Shown here: positions 45,312 through 55,709 of the stretch, in pieces
Numbering within the stretch: position 1 is the first letter of the stretch
Layout: the number at the start of each line of letters is the position of its first letter
Origin: an uncultured Candidatus Binatia bacterium
GTDB taxonomy: Bacteria > Desulfobacterota > Binatia > Bin18
DNA length: 64,000 nt
NCBI GenBank assembly: GCA_965214605.1
Contig: OZ243961.1
Location: 1,312,001-1,376,000 of the forward strand
Direction: 5' to 3'
Position numbers and translations under genes: made by a program
The notes under the pieces: generated by a model
Databases searched by the model: none
What the model saw: only the letters and a program-made list of their open reading frames with translations
Told to the model about the DNA's origin: nothing

Positions 45312-46640
45312 CTAGCGCCCGACCTGCCCGGCCACGAGGCGCACTCTTCTTGGCGCGGCCATCCACATACTGCCGATAGACACGCCGCACAGCCCGATCG
45401 CCAGCCAAAATGCAGGCATATACGTCCCGGTCTGATCGTACACCAGACCAGTCACCCACGGCCCGGCTGCGGCTCCAAGGCTGCCAGCGACACTCAGGGT
45501 ACCGTAGATTGTGCCATAGCGTCTGCTCTGAAAAATTTCGGCTGGAACCGCTCCATACACGGCCGAGATTCCGTAGCCCAACAAACCCTGGACCATGACC
45601 ATGCTGTATAACAGCATACGGCTCGGCTCTCCCTGCATGACGAGCAGCAGGGCGTAACACAGACCAAAGCCCAACAGGCTCATCGTCCATACCCATTCAC
45701 GGCCAATCCGGTCGGACAAAAGTCCCAAGCCAATCTGACCGGCGCTGCCAGCCAGGCCGACCAGACCGAGCGCATAGGCAGCCAGCTGAGGGGAAAACCC
45801 AAGATCTTCCAAATACTTGGTCTGATGGACTTGGACCGCGTACCACGCGTAGAGACTTGTTGCCAGGGCGAGCGCTAACCACCAGAACCGCGCAGTCCGG
45901 ACGGCCAAGGCTAAGGTCCACTCCGTTGAGGCCCAAGCGTGATCAACAATACCGTCGGCACGGCTGAGTTCGGTCGGCGACGAGGTCGAAACGGCCTCTC
46001 CATCGGGTGCCAAGCCGAGATCTTCCGGTCGGCGACGCTGCAAGAGGCTATTCAGCGGGACAACCGTCACAAAGAGTATCAACGCCATAATCCAACACGC
46101 GTCGCGCCAGCCAACGCGACTAATAGTGTCTTGGAGCCAGGGAAAGAGAACGATCGAACCAACTCCGGCACCGGCAAAGGTAATACCTAGAGCCAAGCCC
46201 CGTTTCTGGGTAAACCAGTAGGGGACAAACAAAGAATGGCCCAGGTAACCGATGAACATGCTGCCTCCGCCAACAAAAAGGCCAAAGGCCAAATACAGGT
46301 GCCACGGCTGAGCGATATAGGTGGTCAGAATCAGCCCGGTACTGACCATGCTGGCCCCGACTGGCAGGATAAGCCGAGGCCCAAAGCGATCCATCAGGAA
46401 GCCAATCATCGGCGAGTAGAGTGTGGCGATAACAAAGCCAAAGGAGAAGGCCGCCGCAGTCCCCCCCCGGTCCCAGCCAAACTCGGCCAGAATGGGCGGA
46501 AACAGCAGGGAGAAGGCGGTCCGTGTGTTCACGCCAATGGCTATGGTGACAAAGGCGACCCCAACAACCATCCAGCCGTAGAAAAAAGGCAATCGGGTAT
46601 ATAAAGGGGATGAGCCTGAAGCCGGGGGAGCGTGTTTCAT
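45312..46640 (-). CDS. MFS transporter
   Basis: 12 hydrophobic segments, GFLMDRFGPR and GLLSDRIGRE motif A. Confidence 0.93.
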   Translation of the reverse strand: MKHAPPASGSSPLYTRLPFFYGWMVVGVAFVTIAIGVNTRTAFSLLFPPILAEFGWDRGGTAAAFSFGFVIATLYSPMIGFLMDRFGPRLILPVGASMVSTGLILTTYIAQPWHLYLAFGLFVGGGSMFIGYLGHSLFVPYWFTQKRGLALGITFAGAGVGSIVLFPWLQDTISRVGWRDACWIMALILFVTVVPLNSLLQRRRPEDLGLAPDGEAVSTSSPTELSRADGIVDHAWASTEWTLALAVRTARFWWLALALATSLYAWYAVQVHQTKYLEDLGFSPQLAAYALGLVGLAGSAGQIGLGLLSDRIGREWVWTMSLLGFGLCYALLLVMQGEPSRMLLYSMVMVQGLLGYGISAVYGAVPAEIFQSRRYGTIYGTLSVAGSLGAAAGPWVTGLVYDQTGTYMPAFWLAIGLCGVSIGSMWMAAPRRVRLVAGQVGR

Positions 46641-47294
46641 GTGAGGTTTTTCCGGATCAGCAAAAAGCGAGGCAGCCCTCAGCGCGATATTCTTGGGGGG
46701 CGAACGGTCCGGGATCAGTCGGCCTTTCGGGGACAGTCTCCTCTCCCCGACTAGAGGCTAGAGGTCCGACTGCGTTGGATAAACCTCTAAAGCAGGTGGT
46801 CCATACGTCTACTTGAAGCGGCCGCGGATGACAAGTGATTCGAGTACGTCGGTATATAGTGTTTCGACTGATTGCTCCACATAAACCGAGGCGCCGCCTG
46901 CCAGAGCATTTTTTGATGGCAGGCGAGATTCGCAGCCACAGCATTGAGATCGTGCACCGAGTTCATCCTCACAACCTGCGAAGCAGCCCTTCCGGCTGCA
47001 GCGTCGAGCTGGTATGTCTCGGAGTGATGAGGGGAGTGCCGTAGAATCTATGGGCCGTAAGGAACAGGCAAGCGCTTAAGACTGGGGGAGACGACTCTCT
47101 TGCGGCCCAGGGAGACCTTGATCGTATCGGAAAATGCTCTAGGAAAGGGGCTGGTCCATGATGCTATTCTGCGTCAATCCCTAAAGATGAAGACAAGGAC
47201 ATCAATATCGGCAGCGCTCCGCTTCTCCAAGTCCCAGACGAACGAGACAAAACGCCCATCAATCCCGTTCACAAGCGACTGCAAATGAAGCCCG

Positions 47295-47318
47295 GTGTGT
47301 AAAGTCATCTTTACACAC
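47295..47318. promoter_or_regulatory. Palindrome matching TGTAAA-N6-TTTACA
   Basis: gtgtgtaaag-tcat-ctttacacac with perfect 10-bp arms. Confidence 0.45.
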
Positions 47319-47643
47319 GTTGCAGATCATGAAGGCAGAGTTGCCAAACTGCGCTTCTGTGCGAAGGCGGCTCTTGAGAAAGCCACCTCCCAAAAGGCTC
47401 CCCAGGACGGCTTTGGCGACATATGGCCACGACAGGAGTAGGTCGCTAGGTGCCGACAGCGTGGACAGGAGCGCGGTAGCGTTTGGCAATGTCAATGCTG
47501 CCCTCACTGGCGGCAAAGGGCTCCAGTTGTCACGTCCGTGTCATTTAGCCCACCAGTTCGCGATACAGTCATTGCTGACCGACAATGCTTCGGAGTAAGA
47601 ACGCATATTTGCTTTCAGCAAGGGCGAACCGTGCGGCCGTTTT

Positions 47644-49872
47644 TTACAGCGTGTCAATAATGGCGTTAAAGGTAGAGCTAGGACGCATCGCCTGGGCAGT
47701 TTTGCTTGGATCAGGCGAGTAGTAGCCGCCAATATCGACTGGCTGGCCTTGGGCGGTGAGCAGCTCTTGGGTGATCTTGGCCTCATTCTCCTCCAATGTT
47801 TTTGCCACCTCGCTAAACCGCGCCTGTAGGGTCGTATCAGTGTCCTGGGCCGCCAGCGCCCGGGCCCAGTACAGGGCAAGGTAGAAGGTACTGCCCCGGT
47901 TGTCGATCTCGTTCACCTTGCGGGAGGGAGATCGTGAGTTTTCGAGGTATTTGGTGATGGCCTGATCAAGCGTCTGGGCAAACAGTGCGGCGGTGGCATT
48001 TGAGGTGTTCTCGGCAATCAGCTCAAGCGCAGGCACCAGGGCACAGTACTCGCCCAGGGAATCCCATCTCAGATGTCCCTCTTGGAGAAACTGCTGGACA
48101 TGCTTAGGAGCGGAGCCACCTGCGCCGGTCTCGAACAGTCCGCCACCATGCATCAGCGGCACGATCGACAGCATCCTGGCGCTGGTCCCCAGTTCAAGAA
48201 TCGGGAATAGATCGGTCAGATAGTCACGTAGCACGTTACCTGTTGCGGCAATCGTGTCTTCCCCTCTACGGATCCGTTCCAGCGAAAACCGCATCCCATC
48301 CTGGGGCCTCATGACACGAATCTCCAGACCGGTCGTGTCATGCTCGGGCAGATAGGTGTTCATCTTCTTGATGATTTCCCTATCGTGTCCTCTGCGCTCG
48401 TCCAGCCAGAAAACCACCGGCGTACCAGTCGCTCTTGCTCTCGACACGGCCAGCCGAACCCAGTCCCGGATCGGCGCGTCCTTGGTCTGACACATTCTGA
48501 AGATATCGCCGACCTCGACCGTCTGTTCAAGCAGTGTCGTCCCTGCATCGTCGACAACACGAATCCTTCCGTCGGCCGGAGCTTCGAAGGTTTTGTCATG
48601 CGAGCCGTACTCCTCGGCTTTCTGCGCCATCAGACCGACATTGGAGACGCTGCCCATTGTTGCCGGATCAAACTGTCCGTATTTTTTTGCGTTTTCAAGA
48701 ATTTCCTTATACATGGGTGCGTAAGATCGGTCGGGCACCATCGCGATTGTGTCTTGCAGCTCGTCGTCCCTATTCCACATCCGCCCTCCGTCACGCACGA
48801 CATTCGGCATTGAGGCATCAATAATGATATCATTGGGCACGTGCAGGTTGGTGATACCGCGTCTCGCGTTGACCATCGCTAGCGCCGGGCGGTCGGCGTA
48901 CACCGCAGCAATGTCGGCCTCAATCTCGGCTTTTTTTTCAGCCGGGAGACGTTCGAGTTTGGCCAGCACATCGGCCAGACCATTGTTGACATTCGCCCCA
49001 ATCTCTTTAAGGACATCGGCGTGCTTGGCAAGCGCCTCTTGGAAGTAGACCGAGACACAGTGTCCGAACATGATGGGGTCGGAGACTTTCATCATGGTCG
49101 CTTTGAGGTGCAAAGACAGCAGCACGCCGTCTTTCTTTGCCGCATCCATCTGCTCGGCGTAGAATCTGCGCAGGGCTCTCACGTTCATGACCGAGGTGTC
49201 AATGACTTCGCCGTCAAGAAGAGACAGCTTGTCTTTCAAGACGCTGACCGGTCCGTCGGTGGCGACGAACTCAATCCGCACCTCGGTAGCTTTTTCCACA
49301 GTGGTCGATTTCTCACTCGCAAAGAAATCCTTCCCCTCCATATGAGCGACCCGGGCTTTCGACCCACTCTCCGGCCACTGCTGCATCATTTTGTGCGGAT
49401 TCTTTTGAAAAAACTTCTTGACCGAAGTCGCAGCTCTGCGATCCGAATTACCCTCCCGCAGGACCGGATTGACGGCCGAACCGAGTACCACCGCAAAGCG
49501 GGCTTGCAGAGCCCTCTCGGCGTCGTTTTGAGGCTCCTCCGGATAGTCGGGGATATCATAGCCCTTGGATTGGAGTTCCTTGATCGTGGCTTTGAGCTGC
49601 GGGACAGTCGCACTGATATTTGGTAGCTTGAGGATAACGGCCTCTGGCGTTTGGGCCAGTTTGCCGAGCTGGCTCAGACAGTCGGGAATTCTTTGCTCTT
49701 CGGTCAGCTTCTCGGGAAAGTTGGCAATGATTCTGCCAGCCAGAGAGATGTCGCTGATTTCGAGCTCAATCCCGGTCCCCTTGGTGTAGGCCTGAACAAT
49801 CGGTAGCAAGGCGTAGGTGGCCAGGGCCGGTGCTTCATCAATCTTTGTCCACGTAATTTTTGCTATTGCCAT
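47644..49872 (-). CDS. icd: Monomeric NADP-dependent isocitrate dehydrogenase
   Basis: [50 protein letters not shown]; 742 aa. Confidence 0.97.
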   Translation of the reverse strand: MAIAKITWTKIDEAPALATYALLPIVQAYTKGTGIELEISDISLAGRIIANFPEKLTEEQRIPDCLSQLGKLAQTPEAVILKLPNISATVPQLKATIKELQSKGYDIPDYPEEPQNDAERALQARFAVVLGSAVNPVLREGNSDRRAATSVKKFFQKNPHKMMQQWPESGSKARVAHMEGKDFFASEKSTTVEKATEVRIEFVATDGPVSVLKDKLSLLDGEVIDTSVMNVRALRRFYAEQMDAAKKDGVLLSLHLKATMMKVSDPIMFGHCVSVYFQEALAKHADVLKEIGANVNNGLADVLAKLERLPAEKKAEIEADIAAVYADRPALAMVNARRGITNLHVPNDIIIDASMPNVVRDGGRMWNRDDELQDTIAMVPDRSYAPMYKEILENAKKYGQFDPATMGSVSNVGLMAQKAEEYGSHDKTFEAPADGRIRVVDDAGTTLLEQTVEVGDIFRMCQTKDAPIRDWVRLAVSRARATGTPVVFWLDERRGHDREIIKKMNTYLPEHDTTGLEIRVMRPQDGMRFSLERIRRGEDTIAATGNVLRDYLTDLFPILELGTSARMLSIVPLMHGGGLFETGAGGSAPKHVQQFLQEGHLRWDSLGEYCALVPALELIAENTSNATAALFAQTLDQAITKYLENSRSPSRKVNEIDNRGSTFYLALYWARALAAQDTDTTLQARFSEVAKTLEENEAKITQELLTAQGQPVDIGGYYSPDPSKTAQAMRPSSTFNAIIDTL

Positions 49873-49992
49873 ACTCTATCCTTTCCTCAACGTGCGGATT
49901 GCAAAGCATGCTCGAAGATAGTAGACAGGTAGAAACCTTTGCAATCCGGCCGAGGTTATCTTATCGGAATCATTTTGGAAAGCCGCTTGACT

Positions 49993-51051
49993 ATGAATCC
50001 CATACTCCGCTGCTGGCCCCTTCTGTGTCTGCTCACCGTCTTGCTCGGCTGTTCCCGTGAGGTCGAAGATGTCCCACTCAGCAATCGGCTGATGACCGTG
50101 GCCGACAAGTTCTTCGATGTCATAGCCGTGTCAGTTGAAAAAGCGGTGGTGGTCGGCTACGGAGGGAAGATCTTGATGACCACTGACGGCGGGAGAACCT
50201 GGCAGCAGAAGGACAGCGGCAGTGATTTGGCTCTGTATAGCATTGATTTTCCAGACGTCCAAACGGGCTGGATCAGCGGCCAAAACGGTCTGCTGCTGAA
50301 AAGCGAAGACGGCGGCGAAACCTGGCAGTCCCAGGACAGCGGGGTCACGGTTTCCCTGCTAGCTCTCCAGTTTCTGGATACCAATCATGGCTGGGCAGTT
50401 GGCGGTCAAGCTACCTATCTGCGCACGACTGACGGTGGACAGTCGTGGGAATCAGGCTATATTGAGCCGTCTTTGGAAGGCGTGGATCTCAATGCCACAC
50501 TCGCCCTGACAGAGCCTAATATCTACGACGTCCACTTTGTTGATGCGCAGACCGGCTGGATGGTTGGTGAATTTGGCAAGATCTTTCATTCAACGGACGG
50601 CGGTCAGAGCTGGACCGAACAGCAGAACAGCCTCTTAGGCCAGGCCGGCATTGACGATGCCTTCAACTTTCCTACCTTTTTCGGGACGTATTTCACCTCC
50701 GCCTTAGAAGGCATTGCCGTCGGTTTAGAAGGCAAAATCGCAGCGACGACCGACGGTGGCCAACACTGGGCATTTCTCAAAGATACCGCTTCAGAAACCG
50801 CGCCGCTCTACACGCCGGTCTTACTCAACAACGGTCGGGGCTGGATCGTCGGGGCCTCGGGACGCATCTACCAGCTTCAGGGTGGAGAAAACGGGGCCAC
50901 CTGGCAACGCCTCAGCTTCGGCATGCCAACGGTCTCCTGGCTGCGGGCAATTGATTTTGCGGACGAACAGCACGGCTGGATTGTGGGCGGCTTTGGCACG
51001 GTCATGCGTACCTCGAATGGCGGCCAGAGTTGGTTGCCCAGTCTCGGCTAG
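49993..51051 (+). CDS. YCF48-like beta-propeller lipoprotein
   Basis: Lipobox LLG-C; repeated GW.VG..G.I..T.DGG.(S/T)W BNR motifs. Confidence 0.9.
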   Translation: MNPILRCWPLLCLLTVLLGCSREVEDVPLSNRLMTVADKFFDVIAVSVEKAVVVGYGGKILMTTDGGRTWQQKDSGSDLALYSIDFPDVQTGWISGQNGLLLKSEDGGETWQSQDSGVTVSLLALQFLDTNHGWAVGGQATYLRTTDGGQSWESGYIEPSLEGVDLNATLALTEPNIYDVHFVDAQTGWMVGEFGKIFHSTDGGQSWTEQQNSLLGQAGIDDAFNFPTFFGTYFTSALEGIAVGLEGKIAATTDGGQHWAFLKDTASETAPLYTPVLLNNGRGWIVGASGRIYQLQGGENGATWQRLSFGMPTVSWLRAIDFADEQHGWIVGGFGTVMRTSNGGQSWLPSLG

Positions 51052-51093
51052 GGCATCAGGGCGGACCCACTGTGGACACGGAGCATATGCGGC

Positions 51094-51888
51094 ATGGCAG
51101 ATTCGGTCTTCGATATTGCGGGTAAAGTCACGATTGTCACCGGTGGCGGGACAGGTATTGGGGCCGATATTGCGGCCGAGTTTTGCCGGCGCGGAGCGAA
51201 GGTCCTGATTACCAGCCGGACGATGGATCACCTCGGTCCAGTGGCAGACAGCCTCCGCCAAGAGGGCGGCACGGTCGATGCAATCGTGTGTGACGTGCGC
51301 CAGAACGACCAAGTCGAGGCCGTGGTCAACAGAGCCGTGGCCAACTGGGGCCAGGTCGACGTGCTGATTAATAACGCCGGGGCGAGTTTTGTGGCCCACG
51401 CCCACGATATTTCGCCCAACGGTTTTCGGGCGATTGTCGATATCAACCTGAACGGCACCTTTCTGTTTTCCCGGACCGTGGCCCGAATCATGATGGACAA
51501 AAACAGCGGTGGCAGCATCATCAATATTTCGTCTGATTCGGGCGTCTACGGGTCGGCCACCATGGCCCATTACGGTGCCTCAAAGGCTGGGGTGGTCAAT
51601 CTGACCCGCTCGCTGGCCATCGAATGGGCGGCCTACGGCATCCGGGTCAATTGCATCTCACCTGGCCCGATTGAAACGCCCGGTGTCAAAGAAGTGCTCT
51701 GGCCGACGCCGGAGTTGCAGCAGCGCGCCCGTGACTCCAACGCCCTGAAACGGTTTGGCAGCGGTCTGGAAGTCGCCTGGCCGTGCGTCTTCCTGGCGTC
51801 TTCGGCCTCAAGCTTTATTAACGGGATTAACTTGCAAGTCGATGGCTGCATGCTGAAAAGCGGCGAACCTGAGAGCCACCTCAATTAG
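51094..51888 (+). CDS. SDR oxidoreductase (2,4-dienoyl-CoA reductase-like)
   Basis: TGGGTGIG, NNAG, ISPNGFRAIVDINL, YGASK. Confidence 0.88.
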   Translation: MADSVFDIAGKVTIVTGGGTGIGADIAAEFCRRGAKVLITSRTMDHLGPVADSLRQEGGTVDAIVCDVRQNDQVEAVVNRAVANWGQVDVLINNAGASFVAHAHDISPNGFRAIVDINLNGTFLFSRTVARIMMDKNSGGSIINISSDSGVYGSATMAHYGASKAGVVNLTRSLAIEWAAYGIRVNCISPGPIETPGVKEVLWPTPELQQRARDSNALKRFGSGLEVAWPCVFLASSASSFINGINLQVDGCMLKSGEPESHLN

Positions 51889-51902
51889 TCTGGAGCACCG
51901 CT

Positions 51903-53306
51903 ATGGCAGGTATTGTTTCGTACGGGACGTATGTCCCGACCTATCGTCTCCCGCGTGACCTGATTGCCCAGGAGTGGGGCACGCCTTCTTTGGGCGGGGA
52001 ACGGGCAATTGCCAATTATGACGAAGACAGTCTGACCCTAGCGGTCAACGCCAGTGTGGACGCCCTGGGCGATCAAGACCCCCAGCACTTGGCCGGAGTG
52101 TTCTTTGCTTCAACCACCCCACCGTACCGGGAGAAACAGGCTGCCGTGACCGTTGCCACGGTACTAGATGCCAAGGCTGAAATCCGAACTATGGATTTCA
52201 CCGATACGCTCCGGGCCGGCACCTCGGCCCTGTTAGCTGCGCTCGACCTGGTCCAGACTGGTCGGCCGCTCCTAGTTTGTGCAGGTGACTCACGTATGGG
52301 TGAGCCCGATACCCAGCAAGAGCAGAACTATGGCGACGCGGGCGGTGCACTGGTGATTGGGACCGATGGGGCGCTGGCCGAAGTGGTCGGGACCTACACC
52401 ATGAGCCAAGAGTTTCTCGGCACCTGGCGCACCGAAGAGCAAGATTACCTGCGCTCCTTTCCTGGCGCGTTTGAGAATAAGTTTGGCTACAATCGTTTTG
52501 TTGCTGCCGCGGTTAAGGGGGTGTTGGACAAGTGTAAGCTAAGCGCCCAGGATATCACCAATGCGGCCATTGCTGGTCCGAGCCAACGCGCCATGCAGGC
52601 AGCCCTGCGTGGTCTGGGTCTGGATGTCAAGTCTCAGGTCCAGGACACATTCTGGAACACGATCGGCGATTCGGGCACGGCTCAACCTTTTGTGTTGTTG
52701 GCCGCGGTACTAGAGCGCTCCAAGCCGGGCGATCTGATTCTGGTTGCCGGCTATGGCGACGGTGGGGATGCGGCAATTTTTCGCGTCACCGACGCCATAG
52801 CAGACCACCGGCTAGTACGCAGCGTCTACTCACAGATTGAGGTAAAACGCACCATGGCGTCGTACGGCAAATACGCCCGCTTCCGGAAGCTGATGAAAAA
52901 GGATTATTCGACCCAAGACGAATCGACGCCGGTTGTTTTGTTGCGGGATAAAAACGAAATTTTTCCACTCCACGGCGGAAAGTGCCCTAGCTGTGGCACA
53001 ATCCAGTTCCCCATCCATCGGATATGTGTTGAATGCGGCTATCGCGACGGTCTTGAAGAGGTGAAGCTGGCCCGAACCGGCAAACTGTTTACCTTCACCC
53101 ATGACCATCTGACCGAAACGCCCGATCCGCCGACGACGCATGCTGTGGTTGATCTCGACGGCGGTGGTCGGGTTTTTGTACAGCTGACCGACTGCGAACC
53201 TGATCGGGTCGCAATCGGCATGCCGATTGAGTTGACGTTTAGAAAGTACCACGAGGGGTCTGGTATCAAGAATTATTTCTGGAAGGCCAGACCGGTTAGC
53301 ACCTGA
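51903..53306 (+). CDS. HMG-CoA-synthase-like domain fused to a DUF35 Zn-ribbon/OB-fold domain
   Basis: YGTYVPTYRL, DEDSLTLA, GDAGGAL, GYGDG; C-terminal CPSC...CVEC and OB fold (ELTFRK...YFWKARP). Confidence 0.88.
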   Translation: MAGIVSYGTYVPTYRLPRDLIAQEWGTPSLGGERAIANYDEDSLTLAVNASVDALGDQDPQHLAGVFFASTTPPYREKQAAVTVATVLDAKAEIRTMDFTDTLRAGTSALLAALDLVQTGRPLLVCAGDSRMGEPDTQQEQNYGDAGGALVIGTDGALAEVVGTYTMSQEFLGTWRTEEQDYLRSFPGAFENKFGYNRFVAAAVKGVLDKCKLSAQDITNAAIAGPSQRAMQAALRGLGLDVKSQVQDTFWNTIGDSGTAQPFVLLAAVLERSKPGDLILVAGYGDGGDAAIFRVTDAIADHRLVRSVYSQIEVKRTMASYGKYARFRKLMKKDYSTQDESTPVVLLRDKNEIFPLHGGKCPSCGTIQFPIHRICVECGYRDGLEEVKLARTGKLFTFTHDHLTETPDPPTTHAVVDLDGGGRVFVQLTDCEPDRVAIGMPIELTFRKYHEGSGIKNYFWKARPVST

Positions 53307-53335
53307 GCCACACACTCCAGATAAGGAGGAAGTAG

Positions 53336-54478
53336 ATGGATATTCGTGACCAAGTATCGGTTATTGGGGCGGGATGCAGCAAGTTCGGTGAGAACTACGA
53401 TATGAGCGCGGAAGATATGGTCGTGGCAGCAGCGCTGGAAGCCTATGCCGACGCCACTATTGATCCCAGCCAGATTCAGGCCGCCTGGGTGGGGACTCTG
53501 AGTTCGGCGAGCGCCGGCAACGCGCTGGCCGATCCGCTAAAGCTGTACAATATTCCGATTACCCGGGTCGAGAACTACTGCGCTTCGGGGATGGACGCCT
53601 TTCGTAACGCATGTATGGCGGTGGCCTCGGGCATGTACGATGTGGTGCTGGCGCTCGGCTTTGAGAAGCTGCGTGACTCTGGTCAACGGGGCTTGGGCAC
53701 CTTTGGCTCCCACCCCGTTGTCGGCTACGGCACGACCGCGCCGTCGCTGTTTGCGATGGCCGCCAACCGCTATTTCGAGACCTATGGCATAGACAAACAC
53801 GCCCTGGCTAAAGTGGCGATCAAAAATCATCACAACGGCACCATGAGCCCCAAGGCGCACTTTCGGATGGAGGTCACCGAAGAGCAGGTTATCAACGCGC
53901 CGCTGATCTGTAGCCCACTTGGTCTGTTTGACTGCTGCCCGACCACGGATGGTGCGGCAGCGGTGATCATCTGTAACTCGAAGCTGGCCAAATCTTTTCG
54001 GCCTGATCCGCTGAAAGTCAAAGGCATCGGTCTGTCAGTCACCTCGGGCGAGCCATATATGAAACCAGGTTTTGCCTATACTGGCTTCCCGGCCACGGCC
54101 CAAGCCGCGCAGTCCGCCTATCAGCAAGCCGGTATGACGGCGAGGGACATTGACCTAGTGGAGTGCCACGACTGCTTCACGATTACCGAAATTCTGAACT
54201 ACGAAGACCTGGGTCTGTGTAAAAAAGGCGAGGGTTGGAAATATGTTGAAGAAGGCCGGGCCTCAATTGAGGGGGATATTCCGGTCAATCCGTCGGGCGG
54301 TCTCAAATCATTTGGTCATCCCATTGGCGCGACCGGTATCCGGATGATCTACGAGGTCGGTCAGCACCTGTGGCATAAAGCAGGGGAGCGCCAGGTCAAA
54401 AACGCAGAAGTCGGCCTGGCGCATAATCTGGGGGGGCCTGGCTCGGTCGGCTGTGTGTCGATCTTGGCCAGCAGTTAG
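53336..54478 (+). CDS. Thiolase-fold acetyl-CoA acyltransferase (SCP-x/archaeal/PhlC type)
   Basis: VENYCASG, KNHHNG, DCCPTTDG, HDCF, GHPIGATG, HNLGG. Confidence 0.9.
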   Translation: MDIRDQVSVIGAGCSKFGENYDMSAEDMVVAAALEAYADATIDPSQIQAAWVGTLSSASAGNALADPLKLYNIPITRVENYCASGMDAFRNACMAVASGMYDVVLALGFEKLRDSGQRGLGTFGSHPVVGYGTTAPSLFAMAANRYFETYGIDKHALAKVAIKNHHNGTMSPKAHFRMEVTEEQVINAPLICSPLGLFDCCPTTDGAAAVIICNSKLAKSFRPDPLKVKGIGLSVTSGEPYMKPGFAYTGFPATAQAAQSAYQQAGMTARDIDLVECHDCFTITEILNYEDLGLCKKGEGWKYVEEGRASIEGDIPVNPSGGLKSFGHPIGATGIRMIYEVGQHLWHKAGERQVKNAEVGLAHNLGGPGSVGCVSILASS

Positions 54479-54542
54479 CGTAAGAATAATCTCTATCTTA
54501 CTTTCTAGTGGTCATCATCGTTTCCCTTTTCCGGAGTGCTTA

Positions 54543-55664
54543 ATGGATTTTGGCTTCACTGAAGAGCAGGATCTGCTGCGGCAGTCTGCGGCAGATTTCC
54601 TAAACAATGAATGTCCGATGAGCTATGTCCGCCAGATGATGGAAGACGAGCGCGGCTATAGCGATGAGATATGGCGGAAGATGGCCGAGCTGGGTTGGAT
54701 GGGTCTTCTCTTTCCCGAACAGTACGGCGGATCAGGACTCAACCTGATCGATATGGCCGTCGTTCTTGAAGAAATGGGCCGGGTTGTTTTGCCTGGCCCA
54801 TTTTTTTCGACGGTTATACTCGGCGGCTTTGCCATCCTGGAAACGGGCAGCGAAGAACAGAAAAACACGCTGCTGCCCCATATCGCCTCGGGACAGCTCA
54901 AAACGACCCTGGCCATCCTGGAAGACAACGCGCGTTGGGATGAACGAGGGGTACGCCTCAGGGCGGAAAAGAACGATGGGGGGTATCAGCTCAGCGGGGT
55001 GAAGCTATTTGTCCCGGACGCCCATGTGGCGGATACGATCGTGTGTGCGGCACGGACTGACGAGGGGTTTGGATTATTTCTGATTGATCGCCAGCAGGCC
55101 GGCGTGAGCACCAGCGTGCTGAAAACAATGGACCAAACCCGTAAACTGTGCGAGCTGAGGCTTGACAAGGTTCAGCTCGGTCCGGACGCCCTACTCAGCT
55201 CTCCGGGACTCGGCTGGGACAAGCTCAGCCGGGTGCTTGACCGCAGTAAGGTTGCGCTGTGCGCCGAGATGACGGGCGGCGCCCAGCGCGTCCTTGATAT
55301 GAGCGTCGAATACGCCAAGGTCAGAGAGCAGTTCGGCCGCCCGATTGGCTCCTTCCAGGCAATCCAGCATAAATGTGCCGATATGTTAGTCCAGGTCGAA
55401 AGCGCAAAGTCAGCGACCTATTACGCGGCCTGGGCGGTCTCGAACGCTGCGCCTGATGCGGCGCTGGCGTCCGCTATGGCCAAAGCGTATTGCAGCGATG
55501 CGTACCGCAAGGTCAGTGCCGACGGGATTCAGGTCCACGGTGGCATTGGTTTTACCTGGGAGCACGACATGCACCTCTATCTCAAGCGGGCCAAGGGCTC
55601 AGAAGTTACCTTTGGCGATGCGATCTGGAATAGAGAGCTCGTTGCCCAACATACGCTGGATTAA
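54543..55664 (+). CDS. Acyl-CoA dehydrogenase family protein (probable non-catalytic subunit)
   Basis: MDFGFTEEQ, REQFGRPIGSFQAIQH, QVHGGIGFTWE. Confidence 0.9.
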   Translation: MDFGFTEEQDLLRQSAADFLNNECPMSYVRQMMEDERGYSDEIWRKMAELGWMGLLFPEQYGGSGLNLIDMAVVLEEMGRVVLPGPFFSTVILGGFAILETGSEEQKNTLLPHIASGQLKTTLAILEDNARWDERGVRLRAEKNDGGYQLSGVKLFVPDAHVADTIVCAARTDEGFGLFLIDRQQAGVSTSVLKTMDQTRKLCELRLDKVQLGPDALLSSPGLGWDKLSRVLDRSKVALCAEMTGGAQRVLDMSVEYAKVREQFGRPIGSFQAIQHKCADMLVQVESAKSATYYAAWAVSNAAPDAALASAMAKAYCSDAYRKVSADGIQVHGGIGFTWEHDMHLYLKRAKGSEVTFGDAIWNRELVAQHTLD

Positions 55665-55709
55665 TCCTACCGGTGGGATGGGACAGACACTCCAGCCGTT
55701 GGTAAGGGC

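Noticed and set aside
46694-46880. tmRNA-like start GGGGGCGAACGG
   Set aside because: No following TTCGAC and no T-arm/CCA 3' end at a suitable distance.
46980-47000. SRP-like CC-GGAA-GG on the minus strand
   Set aside because: The stem is fully paired and lacks the CAGG/AGCA internal loop of SRP domain IV.
47615-47645. Group II intron domain V-like gcacggttc
   Set aside because: Only a short fragment matches; no AGC/CGC triad helix, domain VI or reverse transcriptase remnant.
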